Source: Escherichia coli
GTDB lineage: Bacteria; Pseudomonadota; Gammaproteobacteria; Enterobacterales; Enterobacteriaceae
Length of the DNA: 64,000 bases
Assembly (NCBI RefSeq): GCF_003334785.1
Contig: NZ_QOWV01000003.1
Direction: 5' to 3' (one strand)
In this document: one piece after another, positions 12,635 to 27,147 of the stretch
How the letters are laid out: every line of letters begins with the position of its first letter
Numbering within the stretch: position 1 is the first letter of the stretch
Position numbers and translations under genes: made by a program
The notes under the pieces: model-generated
Database searches by the model: none
What the model was told of the DNA's origin: nothing
What the model saw: only the letters and a program-made list of their open reading frames with translations

Positions 12635-15600
12635 TTACAAACTTCCCGCCTGACGACCTTTGCCCGCAGACGTCAGCGTTCTCCCCGTTTGTTTACCGTT
12701 GAGGCTTTCCAGACGCATCTGGAAGGGCGGGAATGGCATATCGATACCGTGGGCATGGAAGCCAGCCAGAATCAGCTGGTGGATCTCATGGCGTAGCGGC
12801 ATACGGTGACCCATCTCAGCGGCGTAAATACGCAGCTCGAAAATCTGAATCCCCTGTTGCAGATCCACCAGGAAGACTTCCGGTGCCGGGTTGTCGATCA
12901 CCAGCGAGCAGCGACGCGCTGCGGTGAGCAGGATTTCCGTCACTTCTTCGCTATTGGCATCGGCAGGGGCCGGTATCGTCAACACCACGCGCGTGACCGA
13001 GTCAGAGAGCGACCAGTTGATAAACTGCTCGGTAATAAACGCCTTGTTCGGCACGATTATCTCTTTACGGTCCCAGTCGCTGATGGTGGTGGCGCGGGTG
13101 TTAATTTTCGTCACGCTACCGGTGAGATCGCGAATTGTCACCGTATCGCCAATGCGAATCGGTTTTTCGAACAGGATAATCAGACCAGAGATAAAGTTGG
13201 CGAAAATTTCCTGCAAACCAAAACCGAGACCAACACCGAGCGCGGCAACCAGCCACTGCAATTTCGACCACTCAATACCAATCATTGAGAAGCCGACCAG
13301 CCCGCCAATCAGCATCAGCAGATATTTGGTGATGGTGGTGATGGCGTAACCCGTACCCGGCGTTAAATCCAGGTGCTGCAAAATCGCCAGTTCCAGCAGC
13401 GCGGGCAAGTTGCGCACCAGCTGCGTGGTGATGATAAACACCAGAATGGCAATCAGCACCGCACCGAGGGTAATTGGCTCCAGACTTTCTACGCCCTGTA
13501 CCGTGGAGGTGACATCCCACAGCGAAATATTTTCGAGGAAGCCGAAAGCGGAATGGATTTCTGACCACAGCACAATGACAGAAAGCAGGGCGATCAACAT
13601 CAAAATTGAGCGCACCAGCCGCAAGGATTGCGCACTGATGGCATCGAGATCGACTTCGCTTTCATCGACTTCAATTGCTCCTTCCGGGCTACTGTGATGA
13701 TGCGCTTCCTCTTCGCCACGCGCACGTTGCGCTAACATCTCTGCCCGGCGATGCTTCGCCCGATCAAACGCCAGCCTGCGGCGCTGGATCAGCATCCAGC
13801 GGCGGATAACGTGATAAACCACCAGTAGCAGGAACCAGATGGCAACCGAGGTTTCAAGCCTCGCTAACAGCGCCTGTGCCGTTGCCAGATAACCCACCGC
13901 CGACGCCAGAATGGCAACCAACGGCGCGCCAATCATCATGTTCCACAGCATATGGTTGGTAATGTTGTCGCCGCTGCCCTCTTTGTTGAGATACAGCGGA
14001 ATCCCGGCCTTTTTCAGGCTGAGGGTGACCACCGCCAGCGCACCGCAAATGAGGATAAAGCAAAGCCGTCCCAGCGAACCGGAGAATTCACGGTCGTCGA
14101 GGTTATCGAACATCATCAGCGCCATAATCAGCGGCACAATAAGCCCGATGCTCATCAGGTAGTAGCGCATCCCACGGGAAACACGTTCGCGCGGCCAGCC
14201 AAAATGAGCGATAAACAAGCCGTTCGGGCGGGCAAAGGTGGCGCAAATCATCACTACCCACAGCAGCGGCACGGTGGCCGTTACACCATCGCCAATCGCG
14301 ACCGCCAGCGGATAAGGCCACGCCTCGCGCAAGCCGTAACCCAGCGTCATCCACAGCACCGGTAACGGTGACGCGACGAGAATCGACCAGAAAAGAGTGC
14401 GCAACGTCAGCCAGAAGTGATCCTGAGTCACTTTGCCAACTTTCGCCGCCGAACGTTCAAGAAAACGGGTGAAATAGCGGCGCGAGTAAATACTGCAACC
14501 GACCAGAATCAACGCGCCAAACAGCGGCAAAATTGTCTCTTTGCTGGTCAGCATCATCACACTGGCTTTGCCCAACTGACTGAAGGTGTCCAGCGAAATG
14601 AGACGACGCAGATCCTGGGCGATTTCCAGCGGCCAGGCGATGGTCATCGGGCGCACGTCAGAGGTCCAGAACAGATAGCGGTGCGTTGCTTCGTTCACCT
14701 CTTTCAGCGCATCCTCCAGTTGCCCGTTGGAGACTTTCAGCTTGGTCAGTTCCAATAGTAGCGTGTCGCCACCCTGCAACAATGAGTTCAGCAACTCACG
14801 CTGAGTGCGCAGTTGTGCTTCCAGAATACGGTTTTGCTCGGCAGTCAGCGGCTGACCGTCGGCCTGATGAATTTGCCGTAGCAGCGGCTGTTTATTAAGC
14901 AGATCCTCATAACGTAACCGTTGCACACGCAACTGCGCCATTTCGGTATCAAGCTGTTGTGGTTTCGGCATTTCCGGCAGCCGTGCCACCTGCGCCCGCA
15001 GCGCTTCGCCGAGCAGATTGGACGATCCCAGCCATTGCGACTGTTCACGCAGCGTATTCAACGCCTGCCGGACCTGTAACGTCTGGCTGGCAGCCTGACG
15101 CTGTTGCGAGGCAACGAGATCCATCCGCTGCGCCTGTTGATTCAAAGCCGCCGATAGTTCGCGGTTAATTTTGAATTGCGCGACGATATCTTTCGGCAAA
15201 TCGGCGCTGTTTTCTGCCAGCAATTCGGTACTTTCCAGCGCCCGCTCCGCCTCAAGCTGACGTTGGCTGTTTAATTGATTACGCAAGGCCTGCAAATACG
15301 CATCCAGTTGCTGGCTCTCTTTTTCCGCCAGCTCTGAGCGTAAGCGCGCTAATTCCTGGCGGTTATTGGCAGACAGCTGCGCCAGCTCCAGTTCATCAAC
15401 GAGCGCCTTAAGACGTGCAGAGTCAGACTGCAACGCGAAATTTTGTGCCTGATTGAGCGGAGTATTGCCGGTAAGCGTTCCCAGGCGGCGCTCGATCTCA
15501 TTTAACTGACGGCGGGCGTCGGTTTGCTGTTGCGGCAGTTGATTCAGCGAATCGGCAATCTCGCGGGCGCGCTCCTGCTCTTGCTGGGCCTGACGGCTTT

Positions 15601-15958
15601 TATCCAGCAACTGGCTGCTGACCTGGAGAATTTCCTGATTCAGCGCGTCGGTAGACATTCCCGGCGACACGCTGCGCGGCTCGTCACGCATGTTGTTTAA
15701 TTGTGCGCGCAGAGTAGCGGAGAGTTTCGGATAATTATCGATAACTTGCTGATATTGTTTGATGCGCTCAAGGGAACCTTTTCGTTCCTCAAGCGCATTT
15801 AAGGCAGACTGGAGCGCCTCTACGACTTCCGGCTGTGCGGGTTTCGCCGCTTTTGCCTGCTCCAGTTCCTGAGTGATTTGTTTGCTATCGGGGGCCGTCG
15901 CGGCGTACGCCCCCCAACTGAGGCACCAGGCCATCAGAAAAGTGATAATCAGGCGCAC
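12635..15958 (-). CDS. mscM: Miniconductance mechanosensitive channel MscM (YjeP; MscS family with a large periplasmic coiled-coil N-domain)
   Basis: Track ORF of 1107 aa: signal peptide, long Q/L/E-rich coiled-coil region, multiple TM segments and a C-terminal MscS domain. Confidence 0.93.
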   Translation of the reverse strand: MRLIITFLMAWCLSWGAYAATAPDSKQITQELEQAKAAKPAQPEVVEALQSALNALEERKGSLERIKQYQQVIDNYPKLSATLRAQLNNMRDEPRSVSPGMSTDALNQEILQVSSQLLDKSRQAQQEQERAREIADSLNQLPQQQTDARRQLNEIERRLGTLTGNTPLNQAQNFALQSDSARLKALVDELELAQLSANNRQELARLRSELAEKESQQLDAYLQALRNQLNSQRQLEAERALESTELLAENSADLPKDIVAQFKINRELSAALNQQAQRMDLVASQQRQAASQTLQVRQALNTLREQSQWLGSSNLLGEALRAQVARLPEMPKPQQLDTEMAQLRVQRLRYEDLLNKQPLLRQIHQADGQPLTAEQNRILEAQLRTQRELLNSLLQGGDTLLLELTKLKVSNGQLEDALKEVNEATHRYLFWTSDVRPMTIAWPLEIAQDLRRLISLDTFSQLGKASVMMLTSKETILPLFGALILVGCSIYSRRYFTRFLERSAAKVGKVTQDHFWLTLRTLFWSILVASPLPVLWMTLGYGLREAWPYPLAVAIGDGVTATVPLLWVVMICATFARPNGLFIAHFGWPRERVSRGMRYYLMSIGLIVPLIMALMMFDNLDDREFSGSLGRLCFILICGALAVVTLSLKKAGIPLYLNKEGSGDNITNHMLWNMMIGAPLVAILASAVGYLATAQALLARLETSVAIWFLLLVVYHVIRRWMLIQRRRLAFDRAKHRRAEMLAQRARGEEEAHHHSSPEGAIEVDESEVDLDAISAQSLRLVRSILMLIALLSVIVLWSEIHSAFGFLENISLWDVTSTVQGVESLEPITLGAVLIAILVFIITTQLVRNLPALLELAILQHLDLTPGTGYAITTITKYLLMLIGGLVGFSMIGIEWSKLQWLVAALGVGLGFGLQEIFANFISGLIILFEKPIRIGDTVTIRDLTGSVTKINTRATTISDWDRKEIIVPNKAFITEQFINWSLSDSVTRVVLTIPAPADANSEEVTEILLTAARRCSLVIDNPAPEVFLVDLQQGIQIFELRIYAAEMGHRMPLRHEIHQLILAGFHAHGIDMPFPPFQMRLESLNGKQTGRTLTSAGKGRQAGSL

Positions 15959-15979
15959 GTCAGCGTTTCCTTTGATGGA

Positions 15980-16948
15980 TTAGACCTGGTCTTTTTTGTC
16001 GTCAACCAATGGGCTGGCGTCGTGTTCTGCTTCGATCTCTTCAGCAGGAAGCGGGGCAGGTTCAGCGTCTGGCGTAACAAAGGTTTCGGTAGATACTGCC
16101 AGCGGCTGGCCAATTTTCGTGACAGACAGGCTTTCCAGTTGCTCAACCAGATTCACTTTACCCGGTGCAAACAGGTTGATAACGGTGGAACCGAGTTTAA
16201 AGCGACCCATTTCCTGGCCTTTCAGCAGTGCCACAGAACCGTCGTTTTCCCCGGCAGGCCAGGTCCAGCGCTTGATGATACCTTCGCGCGGCGGCGTAAT
16301 GGTGCCCGCCCAGACCGTCTCAATGCTGCCAACAATCGTCGCTCCGACCAGAATCTGCGCCATTGGGCCAAATTCGGTATCGAAAAGGCAAATCACGCGT
16401 TCGTTACGGGCAAACAGATTCGGCACGTTCTGAGCCGTGAGATGGTTAACGGAGAAGAGATCGCCCGGCACGTAGATCATCTCACGCAGAATACCGTTGC
16501 ACGGCATGTGTACGCGGTGGTAGTCACGCGGGGAGAGGTAAGTGGTCACAAACGTACCGTTGCGGAACAGGTCCGCCATCAGATAGTTGCCTGCCAGCAG
16601 GGCTTCGAGGCTGTAGTTGTGGCCTTTGGCTTGCAGGATTTTATCTTCTTCGATTTTACCCAACTGGCTGATAACGCCATCGGCAGGCATGACCAGTACA
16701 TTCGGATCGGTATCGATTGGGCGTACTTCGTCACGCAGCGGACGGACAAAGAATTCGTTAAAGGTGCGGTAGCTGGCGGTGTCCGGCTTTTGCGCCTCTT
16801 TCATGTCGACCTTGTAGTATTTAACGAACAGATCGATAACCAGTTTTGTCAGCCATCCTGCCCGCTTGCTTGCGCCCCAACCCGCCAGGCGAGTAAGCCA
16901 TAGTTTCGGCAGAATGTACTGTAGCGAAAGTTTAAATGAATTTAACAA
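15980..16948 (-). CDS. psd: Phosphatidylserine decarboxylase proenzyme
   Basis: Track ORF of 322 aa with the LGST self-cleavage motif near the C-terminus ([11 protein letters not shown]). Confidence 0.95.
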
Positions 16949-17044
16949 GGTAGCCTCCAGGCCATTGTTTTGTCGTTCCTGATCCGGCCTACATGCCGGA
17001 TCCTGAAAAAAAGGGGACGATTCTAACGACGGTTAGCTTAATTG

Positions 17045-18097
17045 TCAGTCATCCGTATCAGAAAAGTTTTTACGCGTTTTTACCTGCGCCATGCTTTCCA
17101 GAATACGGTGATAGTTTTCGAAACGGGTTTCCGCGATTTTCCCTTCCTCAACCGCTTCCCGGATAGCGCAGCCCGGATCGGTATCGTGTTTGCAATCGCG
17201 ATATTTACACAGACCTAAATAGTCATGGAATTCGACAAAGCCCTGAGTGATTTGTTCCGGCTCCAGGTGCCAGAGGCCGAACTCACGCACTCCTGGGGAG
17301 TCAATCACATCACCGCCGTGCGGGAAGTGATACAGCCGAGCGGCGGTCGTGGTGTGCTGACCGAGCCCCGAGTTGTCAGAGATATCGTTGGTCAGGATCT
17401 CTTTTTGCAGCCCCAGCAACGCATTCAGCAGGCTGGATTTGCCGACGCCAGACTGCCCGGCAAAAATGCTGATGCGCCCGGTCAACGCCTCTTCCAGCGG
17501 TTTTAGCCCATCCTGAGTATGGCTGGAAACCATCAATACGCGATAACCGATATTGCGGTAGATATCCATCTGCTCGTTGACGAACGCCATGCCTTCGTCG
17601 TCCAGCAGGTCTATCTTGTTGAGCACAATAATCGGCTCAATCTGCAAGGTTTCGCAGGCCACCAGGTAACGGTCGATAATATTGAGCGACAGCTCCGGCA
17701 AAATGGCGGAGACAATGACAATCTGGTCGATGTTGGCGGCAATAGGTTTTACGCCGTCGTAGAAATCCGGACGCGTCAACACCGAGGTACGCTCATGCAC
17801 CGCTTCCACGATCCCTTTGACATTTACGCCTTCCGCCGCCGGTTTACCCGGACGCCAGACTACGCGGTCGCCGGTTACCAGCGAACGGATGGTACGGCGA
17901 ATATTGCAGCGGTGAACGTCGCCATCGGCGGATTCCACATCAGCGTGCATACCAAAGCGGCTGATGACGATACCTTCATCAGGCTCGCCAAACAGATTGT
18001 CGTCGTAGTCGGGCTTCTCCTTAGACGTTTTAAGACGACGCTGGTGATTGGCGTTCACGCGGCGCTGCTGGCCTTTGGAGAGTTTATTTTTACTCAA
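17045..18097 (-). CDS. rsgA: Ribosome small-subunit biogenesis GTPase RsgA (350 aa)
   Basis: Track ORF trimmed to the TTG that corresponds to the annotated N-terminus ([12 protein letters not shown]...); G-motifs and a C-terminal zinc-finger Cys cluster. Confidence 0.9.
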
Positions 18098-18191
18098 TCG
18101 TACAGACTCCTGGTCGCCCCTGATGGGCAAAACATCTATGATACACGCAATTGTGGATCAATATAGTCACTGTGAATGGGTGGAAAATAGC

Positions 18192-18737
18192 ATGAGTGCC
18201 AATGAAAACAACCTGATTTGGATCGATCTTGAGATGACCGGTCTGGATCCCGAGCGCGATCGCATTATTGAGATTGCCACGCTGGTGACCGATGCCAACC
18301 TGAATATTCTGGCAGAAGGGCCGACCATTGCAGTACACCAGTCTGATGAACAGCTGGCGCTGATGGATGACTGGAACGTGCGCACCCATACCGCCAGCGG
18401 GCTGGTAGAGCGCGTGAAAGCGAGCACGATGGGCGATCGGGAAGCTGAACTGGCAACGCTCGAATTTTTAAAACAGTGGGTGCCTGCGGGAAAATCGCCG
18501 ATTTGCGGTAACAGCATCGGTCAGGACCGTCGTTTCCTGTTTAAATACATGCCGGAGCTGGAAGCCTACTTCCACTACCGTTATCTCGATGTCAGCACCC
18601 TGAAAGAGCTGGCGCGCCGCTGGAAGCCGGAAATTCTGGATGGTTTTACCAAGCAGGGGACGCATCAGGCGATGGATGATATCCGTGAATCGGTGGCGGA
18701 GCTGGCTTACTACCGCGAGCATTTTATCAAGCTGTAA
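18192..18737 (+). CDS. orn: Oligoribonuclease (181 aa)
   Basis: Track ORF trimmed to the ATG at 18192 ([29 protein letters not shown]...); DEDDh exonuclease motifs. Confidence 0.95.
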
Positions 18738-18862
18738 AATTTTTCCTGGTCACGTAAGCGCCGGAATCCACTTGCGGCGGCGTGATTTTGACGCTAAATT
18801 GAACGTCTTGCTGATAATTTCAGCACTTGAGATAAAAACGCAAAAAAAACTTTTTTGGGGGG

Positions 18863-18890
18863 TTGCAGAGGGAAAGATTTCTCGTATAAT
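18863..18890 (+). promoter_or_regulatory. Sigma-70 promoter of the tRNA-Gly operon (-35 TTGCAG, 16-bp spacer, -10 TATAAT)
   Basis: Near-consensus hexamers about 60 bp upstream of the first tRNA, followed by a GC-rich discriminator (gcgcctccc). Confidence 0.6.
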
Positions 18891-18947
18891 GCGCCTCCCG
18901 TAACGACGCAGAAATGCGAAAATTACGAAAGCAAAATTAAGTAGTAC

Positions 18948-19023
<76 letters not shown>

Positions 19024-19058
19024 AAATTTGAAAGTGCTGTAAGGCACAGACCACCCAA

Positions 19059-19134
<76 letters not shown>

Positions 19135-19149
19135 AATTCTTCTCTCAAT

Positions 19150-19402
19150 AAAATATCCACAGCGACGCGATGCGTTATTGCTGGTTTTTGTTGTCTCTGA
19201 CAAACTCTTGTAAACAGAGTTATCCACAGCCTCAGGCTGTAATCTTAATTTCAAAGAAACTTCGCACGGTGAATAGTATTTTTTTAACCTATTGATAGAT
19301 AAGTTAAAAATTAAGATTCCGTTTTGTCGAGTCGATCACTTGACGATTTTATTCGTCTTGAATTGCAATGCGTTTTTATTTTTATTCACAAGCTGTGGAT
19401 GA
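19150..19402. other. datA: DnaA-box cluster with an IHF-like site, consistent with the datA DnaA-inactivation locus
   Basis: 9-mers ATATCCACA (19153-19161), TTATCCACA (19220-19228), TTATTCACA (19382-19390) and, on the other strand, TGTGGATGA (19394-19402); IHF-consensus match TATCAAtaggTTA on the minus strand at 19285-19297. K-12 datA maps at about 94.7 min, which I recall as being next to glyVXY. Confidence 0.55.
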
Positions 19403-19403
19403 A

Positions 19404-20541
19404 TCAGGCGTCACGCGGTAACCCTTTTTCAATCACCCGAACCAGACGCTGTTTTTTCGGCAATTGCACTTCGACTATGCACGCATTTCGTCTCTCTATT
19501 TGCTGCGCAATCGCCCACGCTATGTGCTCATCGAGAAGTGGGTGCTCACCTTTACGACTTTCCAGCGCTGTCAAAATCGTTTCATCCCAAGGGGCATTGC
19601 CTAATGCTACGGCGATATTACGCAGCCAACGCAGGTGACCAATACGACGAATCGCCGATCCTTCCGTGACTTTTAAAAACTTCTCTTCGCTCCAGGCGAA
19701 TAACTCAATGAGTTCCGGTGCGTGTAGCGGCTTACGCGGGCTGAAATCCTCTTCTGTGGTGAGTTGTGAATAGCGATTCCACGGGCAGATAAGCTGGCAG
19801 TCATCGCAACCGTAAATACGGTTTCCCATTAACGGTCGCAACTCTTCCGGGATCGCCCCTTCAAGTTCGATGGTGAGATAAGAGATACAGCGGCGAGCAT
19901 CGACGGTATATGGCTCGACGATGGCACCGGTCGGGCAAATCGTCATACAGGCCACGCATTTGCCGCATCCTTCCTCGACTGGTTGATCCACGGGCAGCGG
20001 AATATCGACCAGCAATTCGCCTAAAAAGAAGAACGAACCGGCCTCGCGATTGAGGATAAGTGAGTGCTTACCTGTCCAGCCGAGCCCAGCTTTTTCAGCT
20101 AACGGGCGCTCGAGAATAGGCGCAGAATCGACAAACGGTCTAAAATTCAGCGAAACACAATGTTGCTGAATCATCTCGCCCAGCTTTTTGAGTCGGTTGC
20201 GCAGAAGTTTGTGATAGTCACGGCCCAGCGCATAACGGCTAACATAGCCGAGTTTGGGGTTTTTCAGCGTGCTGGCAAATGCGGCGTTAGCAGGAAGGTA
20301 ATTCATCCGCACGCTGATCACGCGCAGCGTACCGGGCAATAACTCATGAGGGCGAGCGCGCAGCATACCGTGACGTGCCATCCAGTCCATTTCGCCGTGG
20401 TATTGTTTGTCCAGCCATGCTTGCAGTTTGGGCTCGGACTCGCTGAGATCGGTATCGGTAATACCTACCTGCTGAAAGCCCAGTTCCAGCCCCCACTGTT
20501 TAATTTTTTGCGCTAACTGATTGAGATCGAGGGGCTCTGAC

Positions 20542-20543
<2 letters not shown>
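19404..20543 (-). CDS. queG: Epoxyqueuosine reductase QueG (379 aa; cobalamin and 4Fe-4S)
   Basis: Track ORF trimmed to MSEPLDLNQLAQKIKQWGLELGF...; two ferredoxin-like Cys motifs (CGKCVACMTICP, CDDCQLICPWN). Confidence 0.9.
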
Positions 20544-22522
<1,979 letters not shown>

Positions 22523-22540
22523 CCTTTGAAAGGTGGCGGG

Positions 22541-23878
22541 ATGATGTATCGCATCAGAAATTGGTTGGTAGCGACGCTGCTGCTGCTGTGCACGCCGGTG
22601 GGTGCCGCGACGCTCTCTGATATTCAGGTTTCTAACGGTAATCAACAGGCGCGGATAACGTTGAGTTTTATTGGCGATCCTGATTATGCGTTTAGCCATC
22701 AAAGCAAACGCACCGTGGCGCTCGATATCAAACAAACGGGCGTGATTCAGGGACTGCCGTTGTTGTTCAGCGGCAATAATCTGGTGAAGGCGATTCGCTC
22801 TGGAACGCCTAAAGATGCACAAACGCTACGGCTGGTGGTCGATCTTACCGAAAACGGTAAAACCGAAGCGGTGAAGCGGCAGAATGGCAGCAATTACACT
22901 GTCGTCTTTACGATTAACGCCGATGTGCCGCCACCGCCTCCTCCGCCGCCCGTGGTTGCGAAACGCGTTGAAACGCCTGCGGTTGTCGCACCGCGCGTCA
23001 GCGAACCGGCGCGCAATCCGTTTAAAACGGAAAGTAACCGCACTACGGGTGTTATCAGCAGTAATACGGTAACGCGTCCGGCAGCGCGCGCGACGGCTAA
23101 CACTGGCGATAAAATTATCATCGCTATTGATGCCGGACACGGCGGTCAGGACCCTGGCGCTATCGGCCCCGGTGGTACGCGGGAGAAAAATGTCACCATC
23201 GCCATCGCGCGTAAATTGCGTACTTTGCTCAATGACGATCCGATGTTTAAAGGCGTTTTAACCCGTGACGGGGATTACTTTATCTCGGTGATGGGGCGCA
23301 GTGATGTGGCACGTAAGCAAAACGCCAATTTCCTCGTGTCGATTCACGCTGATGCCGCACCGAACCGCAGTGCGACTGGCGCTTCCGTATGGGTGCTCTC
23401 TAACCGTCGCGCCAACAGTGAAATGGCCAGCTGGCTGGAGCAGCACGAGAAACAGTCGGAGCTGCTGGGTGGGGCGGGTGATGTGCTGGCGAACAGTCAG
23501 TCTGACCCCTATTTAAGCCAGGCGGTGCTGGATTTACAGTTCGGTCATTCCCAGCGGGTAGGGTATGATGTAGCGACCAGTATGATCAGTCAGTTGCAAC
23601 GCATTGGCGAAATACATAAACGTCGACCAGAACACGCCAGCCTTGGCGTTCTGCGCTCGCCGGATATCCCATCAGTACTGGTCGAAACCGGTTTTATCAG
23701 CAACAACAGCGAAGAACGTTTGCTGGCGAGCGACGATTACCAACAACAGCTGGCAGAAGCCATTTACAAAGGCCTGCGCAATTACTTCCTTGCGCATCCG
23801 ATGCAATCTGCGCCGCAGGGTGCAACGGCACAAACTGCCAGTACGGTGACGACGCCAGATCGCACGCTGCCAAACTAA
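22541..23878 (+). CDS. amiB: N-acetylmuramoyl-L-alanine amidase AmiB (445 aa)
   Basis: Track ORF trimmed to [17 protein letters not shown]...; Amidase_3 domain; contains an eight-proline run. Confidence 0.93.
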
Positions 23879-23887
23879 GGACGATTG

Positions 23888-25735
23888 ATGCCAATTCAGG
23901 TCTTACCGCCACAACTGGCGAACCAGATTGCCGCAGGTGAGGTGGTCGAGCGACCTGCGTCGGTAGTCAAAGAACTAGTGGAAAACAGCCTCGATGCAGG
24001 TGCGACGCGTATCGATATTGATATCGAACGCGGTGGGGCGAAACTTATCCGCATTCGTGATAACGGCTGCGGTATCAAAAAAGATGAGCTGGCGCTGGCG
24101 CTGGCTCGTCATGCCACCAGTAAAATCGCCTCTCTGGACGATCTCGAAGCCATTATCAGCCTGGGCTTTCGCGGTGAGGCGCTGGCGAGTATCAGTTCGG
24201 TTTCCCGCCTGACGCTCACTTCACGCACCGCAGAACAGCAGGAAGCCTGGCAGGCCTATGCCGAAGGGCGCGATATGAACGTGACGGTAAAACCGGCGGC
24301 GCATCCTGTGGGGACGACGCTGGAGGTGCTGGATCTGTTCTACAACACCCCGGCGCGGCGCAAATTCCTGCGCACCGAGAAAACCGAATTTAACCACATT
24401 GATGAGATCATCCGCCGCATTGCGCTGGCGCGTTTCGACGTCACGATCAACCTGTCGCATAACGGTAAAATTGTGCGTCAGTACCGCGCAGTGCCGGAAG
24501 GCGGGCAAAAAGAACGGCGCTTAGGCGCGATTTGCGGCACCGCTTTTCTTGAACAAGCGCTGGCGATTGAATGGCAACACGGCGATCTCACGCTACGCGG
24601 CTGGGTGGCCGATCCAAATCACACCACGCCCGCACTGGCAGAAATTCAGTATTGCTACGTGAACGGTCGCATGATGCGCGATCGCCTGATCAATCACGCG
24701 ATCCGCCAGGCCTGCGAAGACAAACTGGGGGCCGATCAGCAACCGGCATTTGTGTTGTATCTGGAGATCGACCCACATCAGGTGGACGTCAACGTGCACC
24801 CCGCCAAACACGAAGTGCGTTTCCATCAGTCGCGTCTGGTGCATGATTTTATCTATCAGGGCGTGCTGAGCGTGCTACAACAGCAACTGGAAACGCCGCT
24901 ACCGCTGGACGATGAACCCCAACCTGCACCGCGTTCCATTCCGGAAAACCGCGTGGCGGCGGGGCGCAATCACTTTGCAGAACCGGCAGCTCGTGAGCCG
25001 GTAGCTCCGCGCTACACTCCTGCGCCAGCATCAGGCAGTCGTCCGGCTGCCCCCTGGCCGAATGCGCAGCCAGGCTACCAGAAACAGCAAGGTGAAGTGT
25101 ATCGCCAGCTTTTGCAAACGCCCGCGCCGATGCAAAAATTAAAAGCGCCGGAACCGCAGGAACCTGCACTTGCGGCGAACAGTCAGAGTTTTGGTCGGGT
25201 ACTGACTATCGTCCATTCCGACTGTGCGTTGCTGGAGCGCGACGGCAACATTTCACTTTTATCCTTGCCAGTGGCAGAACGTTGGCTGCGTCAGGCACAA
25301 TTGACGCCGGGTGAAGCGCCCGTTTGCGCCCAGCCGCTGCTGATTCCGTTGCGGCTAAAAGTTTCTGCCGAAGAAAAATCGGCATTAGAAAAAGCGCAGT
25401 CTGCCCTAGCGGAATTGGGTATTGATTTCCAGTCAGATGCACAGCATGTGACCATCAGGGCAGTGCCTTTACCCTTACGCCAACAAAATTTACAAATCTT
25501 GATTCCTGAACTGATAGGCTACCTGGCGAAGCAGTCCGTATTCGAACCTGGCAATATTGCGCAGTGGATTGCACGAAATCTGATGAGCGAACATGCGCAG
25601 TGGTCAATGGCACAGGCCATAACCCTGCTGGCGGACGTGGAACGGTTATGTCCGCAACTTGTGAAAACGCCGCCGGGTGGTCTGTTACAATCTGTTGATT
25701 TACATCCGGCGATAAAAGCCCTGAAAGATGAGTGA
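23888..25735 (+). CDS. mutL: DNA mismatch repair protein MutL (615 aa)
   Basis: Track ORF trimmed to [39 protein letters not shown]... (GHKL ATPase motifs). Confidence 0.97.
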
Positions 25736-26678
25736 TATCAGTAAGGCGAGCCTGCCTAAGGCGATTTTTTTGATGGGGCCGACGGCCTCCGGTAAAACGG
25801 CGTTAGCCATTGAGCTGCGTAAAATTTTACCAGTAGAGTTGATAAGCGTTGATTCTGCCCTTATTTACAAAGGGATGGATATCGGGACGGCGAAGCCGAA
25901 CGCTGAAGAGTTACTCGCCGCGCCGCACCGATTGCTGGATATTCGCGATCCGTCGCAGGCTTACTCGGCTGCTGATTTTCGCCGCGATGCGCTGGCGGAA
26001 ATGGCCGATATCACCGCGGCGGGGCGGATCCCACTGTTAGTGGGCGGTACGATGTTGTATTTCAAGGCATTGCTGGAAGGGTTGTCGCCGCTACCGTCGG
26101 CAGACCCGGAAGTACGGGCCAGAATTGAGCAACAGGCGGCAGAGCAAGGTTGGGAGTCATTGCATCGTCAACTTCAGGAGGTAGATCCGGTTGCGGCAGC
26201 AAGGATTCATCCAAATGATCCACAAAGGCTTTCCCGGGCACTGGAAGTTTTTTTCATTTCGGGTAAAACTTTAACGGAACTGACGCAAACGTCAGGAGAC
26301 GCTCTACCGTATCAGGTGCATCAGTTCGCCATCGCCCCGGCGAGCCGTGAACTGCTCCATCAACGCATTGAGCAGCGTTTTCATCAGATGTTGGCTTCAG
26401 GTTTTGAAGCAGAAGTCCGGGCGCTTTTTGCCCGAGGAGATTTGCATACGGACTTGCCTTCCATTCGTTGCGTGGGTTATCGCCAGATGTGGTCTTACCT
26501 TGAAGGCGAAATCTCATACGATGAAATGGTTTATCGAGGTGTTTGCGCCACGAGACAGTTGGCGAAGCGGCAGATAACCTGGCTGCGTGGTTGGGAAGGG
26601 GTTCACTGGCTTGACAGTGAAAAACCAGAACAGGCGCGTGACGAAGTATTACAGGTTGTTGGTGCTATCGCAGGCTGA
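25728..26678 (+). CDS. miaA: tRNA dimethylallyltransferase MiaA
   Basis: Track ORF of 316 aa with a P-loop (GPTASGKT). Confidence 0.95.
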
Positions 26679-26751
26679 ATGTGTACAATTGAGACGTATC
26701 GTGCGCAATTTTTTCAGAATCGAAAGGTTCAAAGTACAAATAAGCATATAA

Positions 26752-27093
<342 letters not shown>

Positions 27094-27147
27094 ACGGGGA
27101 GCCAGCGATCCTGCGTTCCCCGCTGATCTATTTAGAGGGTTATACGC

